From the NCBI GenBank assembly GCA_036785375.1, contig JAWMAR010000101.1:1736001-1800000 (forward strand): a stretch of DNA of 64,000 nt, written 5' to 3'. A program made the translations under genes and the position numbers. Shown in pieces: positions 12,478-23,953 of this stretch (positions are counted from its first letter, which is position 1; each line of letters opens with the position of its first letter). The stretch comes from Leucoraja ocellata. Its lineage: Eukaryota. The notes below the pieces were generated by a model, which was given only the letters and a program-made list of their open reading frames with translations, ran no database searches and was not told the origin of the DNA.

Positions 12478-13112
12478 GGAGAGAAGTTCAAGTGCATCTC
12501 CTCTAACCTCATCTCCTGCGTCAGTGTTCTCATTGTGGGCTCCTGTATATAGGTGAGATCATATATAAGTGTCGACTCGGCGACTGTTTCGCTAAACGCT
12601 TATGCTTGGTCCGCCAAGGCCGACGGGATTTCCCGGTTGCTAACCACATTAACTCCCCTTATCATGCTGACCTTTTTGTCCTGGGCCTCTTCCATTGCCA
12701 GATTGAGGCCACACGCAAATTGGAGGAATAGCACATATATCACTAGAGTAGTTTACAACCCTATGTATTGACCATTAATTTATCCAATTTTAGGTAACTT
12801 CTTCAAACACCTCCCTCCTTCCTCTGTTTCCTCCACTAAAAGTCTGTTAACCAACCCCGCAGATCACAACGATGTATTTTTTTTTGGCCTCACACCTGTC
12901 TCTATCCAACAATCAGCCTATCTGGGAACCTCCTTGCCCGAGTTCATCTGTTGCCGGCCCTGATTTTTCCTTTTTTTTTGCTTCCGGTTTATTCCCCCCT
13001 CTCCCTAATACAATCAGCCTGAAGATGGGTACCAACCCAAAACGTTACATCCATTTTCTCCAGAGATGCTTCCCGACTGCTGAGTTACCCCAGCATTTTG
13101 TGTCTATCTCCA
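12478..13112 (+). mobile_element. Penelope-like element 3' part (degenerate GIY-YIG plus pLTR)
   Basis: FKCISSNLI.C..CS.CGLLYIGE remnant at ~12485-12560; pLTR with CTGAAGATGGG...CCCAAAAC at ~13019. Confidence 0.8.
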
Positions 13113-13824
13113 AAATAGATAATTGATTGCATTGAATTATTTGTAGAGATCTTTTGAATCAGTTGTAGAGATCTTTAAGCCTGTCCCATTTCAGATGGTG
13201 TTGCTGGATAGATTACAGTAACATACATCATGGTTGGTAAATTTGTTAGTAACTGTAAATCACCCCTCATGTAGGTTAGGTGGGCGGTAGGATATTTGGG
13301 GTGGAGTACATAGGCATTTGGAGAAAATATGCTTCAGAGAAATATAGGCTGGGATTATCATGTATTTTGAGGACTAGCATAGTTTTGATGAGCCAAATAG
13401 CCATCAATGTCACAAGGAAGATTGGTAAATGTCCAAACGTATTCAAAACATTTGCTTCACATGAAATAAAAATAAAAGAAAATTGGGACAAAATTGGAGC
13501 AAGAATATAAAAGGCAAAGGACAGGAAAAAATCAGAAAAGGACACATTGGAAATCTATTTATTCTATCGGCTGAAAATAGTGATCCATACACAGGAAATA
13601 TGATACATGCACAGGTGTCATTTTGAGAGATTCTGGAAAAGCTTGCAGAAAAATATTTCATCCATTGCTTTAAGAGGCTATTATGGAGATATAACAACTT
13701 TTTCCTATTGATGATGTATTACTCCGGTATGATGCATTAACATCTATTAATACATGCATCTATTCGCACAGGTCCTCACTTTCAGTTCTTAATCTCAAGA
13801 AGTTTAGATGTTGGCCTTATCTCA

Positions 13825-15398
13825 GCAAGATTCCAAGGGGAGTAAGGGGCGACCGTGGCTGACAAGGAAAGTCAGGGACAGTATACAAATAAAAGAGATG
13901 TATAACATAGTAAAGATGAACGTGAAGCCAGAGGATTGGGAAACTTTTAAAGAGCTACAGAAGATATCTAAAAAGGCAATATGGGGCGAAAAGATGAGGT
14001 ATAAAGGTAAGCCAGACAAGAATATAAAGGAAGATAGTAGAAGCTTCTTTAGGTATGTGAAGAGGAAAAAAATAGTTAAGACCAAAGTTGGACCCTTGAA
14101 GACTGAAACAGGTGAATTTATTATGGGGAACAAGGAAATGTCAGATGAGTTGAACAGGTACTTTGGATCTGTCTTCACTAAGGGAGACACAAACAATCTC
14201 CCTGATGTACTAGTGGCCAGAGGATCTAGGGTGATGGAGGAACTGAAGGAAATTCACATTAGGCAGGAAATGGTGCTGGATAGACTGATGGGACTGAAAG
14301 CTGCTAAATCCCCAGGGCCTGATGGTTTGCATCCCAGGGTACTTAAGGAAGTGGCTCTAGAAATCGTGGACGGTGATCATTTTCCAATGTTCTATAGATT
14401 CAGTTCATGTGGATTGGAGGGTAGCTAATGTTATCCCACTTTTTAAGAAAGGCGGGAGAGAAAAAAGAGGGAATTTTAGACCAGTTAACCTGACGTCAGC
14501 GATAGAAACATAGAAAATAGGTGCAGGAGTAGGCCATTCGGCCCTTCGAGCTTGCACCGCCATTCAATATGATCATGGCTGATCATCCAACTCGGTATCC
14601 TGTCCAGCCTTCTCTCCATACCCCCTGATCCCTTTAGCCACAAGGGCCACATCTAACTCCCTCTTAAATATAGCCAATGAACTGGCCTCAACTACCTTCT
14701 GTGGCAGAGAATTCCAGAGATTCACCACTCTCTGTGTGAAAAATATTCTCATCTCGGTCCTAAAAGATTTCCCCCTTATCCTTAAACTGTGACCCCTTGT
14801 TCTGGACTTCCTGAACATCGGGAAGATGGGGAAGATGCTGGAGTTAATTATAAAAGATGAAATAGCGGCATATTTGGATAGCAGTAACAGGATCGGTCCA
14901 AGTTAGCATGGATTTGCGAAGGGTAAATCATGCTTGATTAATCTTCTCAAATTTTTTTGAGGATGTAACTAGAAAAATGGACAAGGGAGAGCCAGAGGAT
15001 TTGGTGTACCTGAACTTTCAGAAAGCATTTAATAAGGTCCCACATCGGGGATTAATGGGCAAAATTAGAGCACATGGTATTGGGGGTAGGGTACTGACAT
15101 GGATAGAAAATTGGTTGGCAGACAGGAAAAAAAGAGTAGGGATTAACGGGTCTTTCAGAATGGCAGGCAGTGACTAGTGGGGTACCGCAAGGCTCAGTGC
15201 TGGGACCGCAGCTATTTACAATGTACATTAATGATTTAGATGAAGGGATTAAAAGTAACATTAGCAAATTTGCAGATGACACAAAGCTGGGTGGCAGTGT
15301 GAACTGTAAGGAGGATGCCATGCAGGGTGACCTGGATAGGTTGGGTGAGTGGGAAAATGCATGGCAGATGCAGTTTAATGTGGATACATGTGAGGTTA
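13825..15398 (+). mobile_element. CR1 LINE internal fragment (3' end lost at the junction with the inverted BEL segment)
   Basis: ORFs 13808..14428, 14977..15177 and 15170.. carry KSPGPDG, GVPQGSVLGP and KFADDTKL. The homology stops abruptly at ...CEVI. Confidence 0.92.
14502..14825 (-). mobile_element. CR1 3' fragment nested in the opposite-strand CR1
   Basis: Near-identical to 2232-2565; it splits the host NYRPV.LTS..GKMLE region. Confidence 0.92.
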
Positions 15399-15693
15399 TT
15401 GAAGATCATAAACCAATTGCAACTAACAAAGGTTCTACCTTTACCAAAACTGAAGAAAAGACAGGAACTAAGAGGAGAAGCAGTTTTGCTACCACTATAA
15501 TACCTGTGCAAACGACAGATGGAATGAAAGGAGATGTATCTACTATCAAGCAAATAGGATTTTGTTTGTTATGTGATGAAGTTGGTCACATCATAAGATG
15601 GTGTTGAAGATTCAAGAAGAAAGAATATGAACATAAGGTGGATTTCTTGAAATAGAAGGGAATCTGTTTTGGATATTTGCAAAAAGGACACAT
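15399..15693 (+). pseudogene. BEL/Pao gag C-terminal fragment with zinc knuckles (inverted relative to the rest of gag)
   Basis: Reads IEDHKP...SSFATT...FCLLCDEVGHIIRWC*RF...KGICFGYLQKGH, i.e. a CCHC-type knuckle followed by the start of a second one. Confidence 0.75.
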
Positions 15694-16135
15694 ATGACAT
15701 TTGTCTTTAAATTTTACACTGCCCGTTATTATGTGGGTGGGATTTATGATGTCGTCAAGGGCGTGTTTGGTGCTGGGTTTCTTGCACAGAAGCTGTTTTA
15801 TAGTTTAGCTCGGGGCTACATGGGGAAGGAACACCCTTCGATCATGTGAAGATTAACCGAGACACGAGGGGTTTTCTAACGTTTAAAGCGATATGCTGGA
15901 CAAGATTAAAGTGTACGAGTCGAAGAAGAAGGTCGGATGTATATCTTATTGTTTTTCTTCAACAATAAAGAAACTATTAATCAAAAGACTGTGTTATGAA
16001 GATTTATCTGTGAAGAAGCTCTCAAGATCTCACGGAGAGCTCACATGTGTATTACAACATTTTCCTAAAGCCACGTAGTCTCTTTGGTGGCTAGAGGGAG
16101 TAATCTGTTGAACGATATAAAAATCTGCCACTACA
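15694..16135 (+). mobile_element. BEL/Pao 3' LTR (first ~37 nt missing), inverted relative to the 5' LTR
   Basis: Reverse-complement match to 18958-19395. Ends GCCACTACA, has AATAAA at 15964, and is followed by GTACT (16136-16140). Confidence 0.85.
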
Positions 16136-16220
16136 GTACTCAGCTCCTTGAGTAATTCACCAGCAACTAGTTAATGACTGAATCTTTATGTAACCACATT
16201 AGCATCCTTGTGAGCCACAC

Positions 16221-16501
16221 AGAGCCATTTATTTCCACTGCTTTACTGTCCATAATCCCAGGAAATACTGCTCACCCATTCTTATCTAGAAGCGGAGTGA
16301 GCAGAAAGAAAATCATAATGATATATTTATCATTACGATTGTCCTTCTCATAAGAATGAGTATAAGCAAAAATCTGTGAGGACAGATTATCCATACATCA
16401 TTATGATTGTCTTTCTCCTCTCTCCCCTTCTAGATAAGAATGGGTGAGCAGTATCTCTTGGGATTATGGACAGTAAAGCAGTGGAAAGATGAAGTGGCTC
16501 T
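16221..16501. repeat. ~100-bp imperfect inverted repeat (16221-16322 vs 16397-16501)
   Basis: TTTCCACTGCTTTACTGTCCATAATCCCA...CTGCTCACCCATTCTTATCTAGAAG and its reverse complement flank a ~75-nt spacer. Confidence 0.9.
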
Positions 16502-18389
16502 AACATGTTCCGTACTTGCTTGTCCAAGAAATGCACCAGGTCTGGTAGCCTGGCTACTCGCTTCTTCTCATCCAATATTCCGCCTGCTTCATCTCTCCAC
16601 TTTTCTCTCAGTCTTCTGGGTAGCTTACTAATGATGACTCTACTATTACTGGCTAGATTCATTTCCTCCATGTGGCCGAGAGTTTTCATCGAGCTGCAAC
16701 AACCTTTTTAGAAATATTGCATAATCACTCAATGCCTCCCCATCTTCTGGCTTGATATATTTCCAAGCATGATCCTTCTCCATGTATGCGTTAGCAACCC
16801 TCTGTTCATTACCAAAACATTCTTTAAGTAACCTTCTTGTCTCTTTATAGCCTTGGCTGTCAGGCTTGTGTTGGCAACTTTCTGCAAGTACCTTAACACT
16901 TCTGCTTGTGTACTTCACCAGAAATCGTAAGCGCTCCTTTTCATCCATAATTTTGTTTCTAATACTTCTTCTAAAGCCCTTACGAAAGCTTCATACCGCA
17001 AAGGATCTCCATCATATGTAGGAATTTCTGCTGGTGGTAGAATGAGAGAGGTATTTTGTCGAGCTATAAATTCAGCTTGACTATTCATCAATGCCAATAT
17101 TCCATCCTGAAAACCTTGGCTTGGCGCCAATGAACGATAGGCAGGCCTCTGTGACTCAAACTGGCTTGCTCAAGACTGTGCATCAGGCCTTGGAAAAGCG
17201 TACTCAGCTGTTGGTTTGTCCCGAGCCTCTCTAGTGGCCCCATAAGTAGTTTGTTTCGGTCTAGCACCCATTTGCTGAGATGAGGTTTTACCCATCTTCT
17301 TCTGTTCCAATGGATGTTCAAAGCCGTGAAATCCAGTGGACCGCGATTGTGGAATTGATCCAACTGCTGACTCAATTGAAGCAGTTTTTCCTTTTGGTCC
17401 AGAGTTCATCATGTTCGATGCTCTAGAGCTGCATCTTGAACCCTCATTTTCAAATATCTCCTTCTTTGATTTAACCACCGCCATATTTGCATCTAGTTCC
17501 GGCTGTTTTTTTTGATGCCTCATCTCTTCTTTCTGTCGCATCCTCTCTTCTTTCATCTGTTCTTCTTGTCGCACAATCTCTTCTTCCTCTTGCTCAATCT
17601 CATGTTTCTTCTTCAAGGCATCTGCTTCTATTGAGAGAGCTGCTAGATCAGCTTCAACTCCCAATTGAGCAGAAGCCCTTGATGCCGAACTGGCTATAGA
17701 ACCAGAATTATGTCCTGATCTTCGTGTAAATATATTCGAGATATTATCTCGTGGTATAATCTCATCATCCAATCCAGCATCTTGTTGGATCGCACTTAAC
17801 ACCATATAACCATATAACAATTACAGCACGGAAACAGGCCATCTCGACCCTTCTAGTCCGTGCCGAACACATATTCTCCCCTAGTCCCATATACCTGCGC
17901 TCAGACCATAACCTTCCATTCCTTTCCCGTCCATATAACTATCCAATTTATTTTTAAATGATTTTAAATGACTTCCAGCTGTTGAGTGCGTAGGTTGTGG
18001 TATAATTTCAGATAACCACTCCTCTGTCCAATATTCCATGAAACCATTGAATATCTCCACTCTTGGCTCCCACCACTGGGTGTGTCTTTCATGTTCTTCC
18101 TGAGACGGCTCTGATTCCAACAGTTGGCTCTGCTTTTCTCCGAGCTCTTTATAAAGTCGCATATCTGCCCTAACTTACCTTCCACCTTGTTCACATTGTC
18201 ATCTGATTCCATTAGTTTCTTCAAGCCATCAAATAGCCTCCTTATCTTCTTCCACAACTTGTTTCTTTCCTTCTCAGTTTCTTTCAGGTAGGCAGCCTGG
18301 GTATTATCTGCATCCTCTCGATACTTTTGCCTGGCTCTGCCACCTTATGGTTCCTCCGACGTCTCAATTCCGTCATCTTCTCGCTCCAT
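16490..18389 (-). pseudogene. BEL/Pao gag, N-terminal and central part (frameshifted)
   Basis: Fragmented ORFs 17964..18257, 17170..17820, 16915..17130, 16646..16948 and 16387..16689 carry IPTYDGDPLRY, ERLRFLVKYT, FGNEQRVANAYMEK and KLPRRLREKW, typical of BEL/Pao gag (DUF1759-like). Putative ATG at 18389. Confidence 0.85.
17800..17962 (-). mobile_element. CR1 3' fragment (GGTTATAT-tail subfamily) inserted in BEL gag
   Basis: Reverse complement of the 3' end of the copy at 40055-40255 (SFKNKLDSYMDGKGMEGYG). Confidence 0.9.
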
Positions 18390-18957
18390 GGGTTTAAACA
18401 GGTCTTGGTAGATTGCCAAGTCTTTAAATTGAACGAACAAGGACTTCTTCAATCTGCTTTAATTTTGTGTAAACATCTTTTCTCAGGAACAATAACAAAT
18501 TGGATTTCCAGGCAACATCCCTCAACATCTACCAAGTTAATAATGATGTTAGTTCAAAAGGAATGCATCTTATCTTGACTTCAATACAATCCAAAGTCGG
18601 ACATCTGGATTTCTCCAGGCACAAGTGGAAAAACACTTTATCGGCTATCTTTCAAACTAGCAGAACTAGTTTTTTGGTAACCTTACAGAAGCCGTTCAAA
18701 ATTAAAGCTTTCCAGCTTCAAAATTCAATGTATAATAGTAATTTTCTACTCACAATTTTGTGATAATGTCTTCAATCTTCAGATAAGTTATGTCGTTGTC
18801 GATAAACCATAGGCCATCTGGCCGAGATCTATTCTTTTCAGTTCCTCTTCTGGAACCGGTCGTCTGGCCAAAACCTCTTTCGAGGTCCTAGCCAAGTCTT
18901 CTGTCCCACTCTCTGGGACTGGCTCTCACCTCCTGTCAGAGGTTGCCTTCGACTTTA

Positions 18958-19432
18958 TGTAGCGGCAGATTTTTATATCGTTCAAGAGATTACTCCCTCT
19001 AGCCACTAAAGAGACTACATGGCTTTAGGAGAATGCCGTAATATGCATGTGAGCTCTCCATGAGACCTTCAGACCTTCTTCACAGATAAATCTTCATAAC
19101 AGAGTTGTTTGATTAATAGTTTCTTTACTGTTGAACAAAAACAATAAGATATACATCCGATCTTCTTCTCCGACTTGTACACTTTAATCTTGTTCAAACT
19201 CCAGCATATCGCATTTAATGTTAGGAAAGTGTCTCGGTTAAACTTCACATGATCGAAGGGTGTTCCTTCCCCATGTAGCCCCGAGCTAAACTAAAAATCT
19301 AAGCTTTTGTGTAAGAAACCCAGCACCAAACATGCCCTTGACTACGTCATAAATCCCACCCAACAGGCAGTCTAAAATTTAAAGACAAATGCCATCATTA
19401 ATGACACATAAAGAAGTCAAATAGCTACTACA
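18958..19432 (-). mobile_element. BEL/Pao retrotransposon 5' LTR (475 bp)
   Basis: Minus strand reads TGTAGTAGC...GCCGCTACA (TG..CA, short terminal inverted repeat). Preceded by GTACT (19437-19433) and followed by leader and gag. Confidence 0.85.
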
Positions 19433-20103
19433 AGTACTGTATCCCCACATGAATTATATAATCTTTTCTTAAAGAGAATAAGGAGGTCTCTAGGAATAAG
19501 GATCTCTATTCTAATGGTAGCCTACTTGTGGCCATAGTTGGTCTTCAGGAGGATGGATTTAAAGGAAATACATGGAAGAGCCAAAGTGAAGAAATAGGGA
19601 TAGCAATCTTTTAGAATGTATGGAGAAATTGATAGAATTAGAGAAGTAACTACTGGAAATGTTGCTGTACGTTCATTGAACAAGACATTAAGTTAAAGGC
19701 TCCTCATAACTAGGACAGACATCATGAAGAATCATTCTATAAAAAGGGTACAAAGAAACCTGAGCTTGTTACTGAAGAAAAGCAAGTATGACCATTGTAT
19801 TATTTTGCATGCCTCACTGTTTTATTTCACTGATTCTTGCTGGATGCCTGAGTGATGTTTCTAAGTAGTCTGGTGGCATCTATAATAGCATATCTATGGG
19901 TCCAGATCTCAGTCTCCTCCAGAATACCTTAATAGACATTAAATTAATTGGGCAAAATCTGCCATCAAGTTCAACTTGAGGTCCTGTTCGGCATGGACAC
20001 TATTACACATAGAGTATAATGAAGTAAACAAATTCAAGAGAATTAGGTCTGGACTTCTTCCTTTCATATTGGCTTTGTGCAAGAGTGAAGCTGGAAAAAT
20101 ACC

Positions 20104-20897
20104 TTTTCAAGTTCAAGTTCACATTTATTGCCACATGCACCAATTAAGGTTCAGTGGAATGTGATTTATCATGCAGCCACACAATCAAAAAGAGCACAAT
20201 ACACAATAGAATAAAACATGAACATCCACCACAGTGGAATCAACATTCTTCACTGCGGTGGAAGGCAATAACGTTCAGTCAGTCCTCCTTTCTTCATCCG
20301 TGGTCGGGGCCATGAACCCTCCGCAGTCACCGCTACGGACGGCACAATGTACAGGCCCTCTCGTCGGGGTGCTCGAAACTGCGACGTCGCGTCGGACGGA
20401 GAACGCGGCTTCACGATGTTATAGGCCGCAGGCCGGAGCTCTTTTCCGGTGATCCCCGGCGAGGGATCCCAGATTCCGCGATGGAAAGTCGACATCACGC
20501 CTGTGGCTAGAAGCTCCGCAGACCGCAGCTTCCGGATTTTATAGTCCGAGGGCCAGCGATCAGAGCACTTCTTCTGGCGATTTCTGGCAAGGGATCACCT
20601 GGCTCTGCGATGGAAACTCCGCCTGCGCCTGCTGCTGAAGCTCTGGGCCCGACTCTAGGCCGCACTAATCCAAGCTGTTAGCCCGCGCGAGAGGGAGGGT
20701 GAAAATGTGACCAGGAGAAAAGTCACATTACACTGAGGAAAGTGACTGTAAAGCAGTTTCCCCCCACCCCCCACCCCCCCCCCCCACCACCACCACCACC
20801 AAAACACACTAAATCACATTTTTAAACATACTAAAAACAAAAAAAATGTCGAAAGGACGAACAGCTGCTGGCGAGGCTGCCGGCTCACGACGCCACC
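20104..20897 (-). mobile_element. GC-rich non-autonomous retroposon with a Rex1-type 3' end
   Basis: (GAACTT)n tail preceded by AATAAA on the minus strand, CpG-rich core, 5' end GGTGGCGTCG. A related 3' fragment lies at ~8025-8215. Confidence 0.6.
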
Positions 20898-22581
20898 CGA
20901 TGGAAAAGCAGACAAAAATGCTGGAGAAACACAACGGGTGAGGGAGCATCTATGGAGAGAAGGAATAGGCATCGTTTCGGGTTGAGACCATTCTTCAGAC
21001 TGAACAGCAGTGCAGTTTCATGCAGAAGGTGGCTTTTACTGCTACTATCGGGCAGGAGGTAGTAAAGCGTGAAGTTCCACACCACCAGGTTCGGGAACAG
21101 CTGCTTTCTTATAACTATCTGTTTCTTGAACCAACCAACACAACCCTAATCCAACCTGAATAATGATACGCCATAGTTTTCATTTCTGGCAAGATGGCCA
21201 ATTACCACTATTTGATTATGTTTTATGTGCAGTGTGTGTATGTAACATTTCAGCAGCTTTCTTGCAGGATGCAAGGAAAAATCTTAATAAAAATTAAACA
21301 TGCAATTGTTAAATAAGTTATTAAATACATTTGTAGGCTTGGTCCACCGACAAGACAGACCAGGGTGGGTGGAGAACCAATCGCTGCAACATAGACACAA
21401 TGAGCAGAGTCCCATTTACAGTCTCGGTACAGTACACATGTGGTACAGTACCACATGCACACTTTGCAAACCCACACACAGGTCATAAAATATATTTTTG
21501 CCCACTGGCCTATTCAGCATCATCTGCCCTACCAGGAGTGGATCCTGCAAACCTTGAGCCACCTCAGAACTCAGAGAACTGAGGTAGAAGCAAGCCATCC
21601 TCAACTCTGAGGAATGCCCATGAAATTAAAAATTATCTGTCAGGATGGTCTCTGTTTTTCTTCAATTTGGACCCTCTGGTTATAGCATCTGTGGTGGCCT
21701 CTAACCTACATATCTTTTGCACAGTAGCAAGGTTTATACATTTAATCCATGTCCATATCAACCTGAAAGTGGCAACACAAGTAGACAGAGTGGGAAAGGC
21801 GACATATTGTAGGCTCGCCTTCGTTAGTCGGGGCATTGAATATCTCAGGAAGTTTTGATGCAGCTCTATAGGACTTGGGTTAGATCGCATTTGGAGTGTT
21901 GCGTGCAGTTCTGGTCACCCCATTACAGGAAGGATGTGGAGGCTTATGAAAGGGTGAGAGGAGTTTTACCAGAATTATGCTTGAAGTTTGTGGGAAGGTG
22001 AAAAAAAACACATAGGTATGATTGAGACAAATTATTATTGCAGCCTTGAAGCCAAACACTAACTTCCTAAATGAGAGTAACAAATATTCTCATTAATTTA
22101 AGTGAAGAAAATAGAGTTTCAAATTATCTATTTGATTTTGGGTTTCTAGAATATACTTTTTCTGAAGAAGGGCCCCAACCCAAACATCACCTGTCCACGT
22201 TTTCCAGAAATCCTGCATGACCCACTGAGTTACACTTTGTATTGATATAAAGAAGCACCTACAGCTCTTTGTTTCTGTACTTTGAGTGTTAAAGTCAAAT
22301 GCAGCCTAAAGGAATGAATCTATTGTGATCACATGTGCAATCCACAGGACAAAATGTTAGGTGAGGATAAGGCTGCAAAGAAGCTACCCATTTCAACTGA
22401 CAGCTCATCAAGTTGTTTCATTTTAAATTGATATTCTTCAGACAGTGACAAATTAAACCCTTGGGCTTTTAAAGGAATAATGAATTCTGTTTTTTTTAAG
22501 AACATATGATGACTTTTGAGCTGTACAAGATGCAGAAACTCACACTTTAATAAATTCTTTGCAATCACTAGACATTGCATA

Positions 22582-22637
<56 letters not shown>

Positions 22638-23420
22638 CCATATCTATATACTTTTTAAACTCTGTGTGTGTGTGGGTGTAAGGCGTTTTGCATTTGATTC
22701 GTTACTCCGCGCAAACCAGACGCAAAAACGCTGACATTTTTACCATTTCGCTAGCAATTTTACTTTTACATTCGCACATCCACTCCTTGGTCAATTATTT
22801 CCCCAGATTTTGAGTAAAATTGATCACAAAACTCAAACAACACTCAATTTTTAAGATCTAAACAGCTCTTACCAGCTGCTGACGTCACAATACCCACATG
22901 CCGACTAATCCAGGCCCTCCAGTATGCCTCCAAGTACGCTCACGCCATGCCTCCCGCTGCTGGACTCCAGCCCGCCCGCCTGCCCGCTCACTCCAACCAC
23001 CCCCCCCCCCCCACTTCACCTCTCTCCCCCATCCTTCCTTCCTCTCCCCCCCTTCACACCCACTTCACCCCCACTTGCCCTCTCCCCCCAGACAGAGCAG
23101 AACTCCGGCTGTTGCCAGAACCGCTACAATAGGCGCAATGGTCCTTCCTATAGTGAACCCTGCTGCTGCTCACAGTCTCTGATGGGGCTGCTTTCACAGA
23201 CTTAACCGTGAGCGGCCCCCGCGTTTAACCACGGCCCTGGGAACTCGGCATCTGATGGGGACGAGGAGGCTTCCGGAGGGAAGGCAGGAACAACTTAGAT
23301 TCCAGCAGCATAGTGGCTCCGTTAATGGATTCATTCCACAGTGAGTTCAGTTCGGTAACAACCCCCCCTCTCCTCCCCCCCCCCCCTCTCCGCCCCCCCT
23401 TCTCCCCCCCTCGATAACTT
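22582..23420 (+). mobile_element. Helitron-like element 5' part with a (TATC)n microsatellite at its head
   Basis: TCTAT.. start expanded to (TATC)n at 22582-22637, then ATATACTTTTTAAACTCT, as in the other family members. No 3' terminus seen. Confidence 0.55.
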
Positions 23421-23736
23421 TGCATTTACCCACATTAAACTGCATCTGCTACGCATCTGCCCACACATCCAACCTGCCCAACCCTGCATCCTCATAGCAT
23501 CCTCCTCAGTTCACACTGCCACCCAGCTTTGTCATCTGCAAATTTGCTAATGTTACAGGGCTCTCATTTAACTTTTTTTCCATTGATAGCCGGGCAACCT
23601 TGACATCTTTTTAGGTTGCCAAATGAAAGCTTAGGTGGTCATTTAAGACGGTTTGCATGACGCGTGCGATAATGTGCTCGGACGAAGTACGTAGTTACCA
23701 GTCAGAATTATGCTCAATGAAGCATTCACATATTAT

Positions 23737-23953
23737 GTTCAAAAAGGAACTGCAGATGCTGGAAAATCAAAGGTAGACAAAAGTGCTGGAGAAACTCAGT
23801 GGATACAGCAGCATCTATGGAGCGAAGGAAATAGGCAACGTTTCAGGCTGAAACCCAGCAGTCTGAAGAAGGGTTTCGGCCCGAAACGTTGCCTATTTCC
23901 TTCGCTCCATAGATGCTGCCGCATCCGCTGAGTTTCTCCAGCACTTTTGTCTA
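23737..23953. mobile_element. Inverted pLTR dimer (palindromic Penelope-like insert)
   Basis: Arms of ~85 bp are reverse complements. Flanked by CATTCACATATTAT at 23723-23736 and 23954-23967. Confidence 0.88.

Noticed and set aside
3030-15398. CR1 at 13825-15398 (+, ends at CEVI) and CR1 at 2232-3056 (-, starts at DKCEVI) as halves of one element split by a 12-kb inversion
   Set aside because: Such an inversion would flip THEMIS exon 2, which is co-oriented with exons 1 and 3. The pieces also appear to belong to different subfamilies.
15694-19432. DIRS-like or TIR element explanation for the 440-bp inverted repeats
   Set aside because: The repeats have TG..CA LTR ends and a 5-bp TSD. The coding remnant is BEL/Pao gag split across both strands, with no tyrosine recombinase or transposase.
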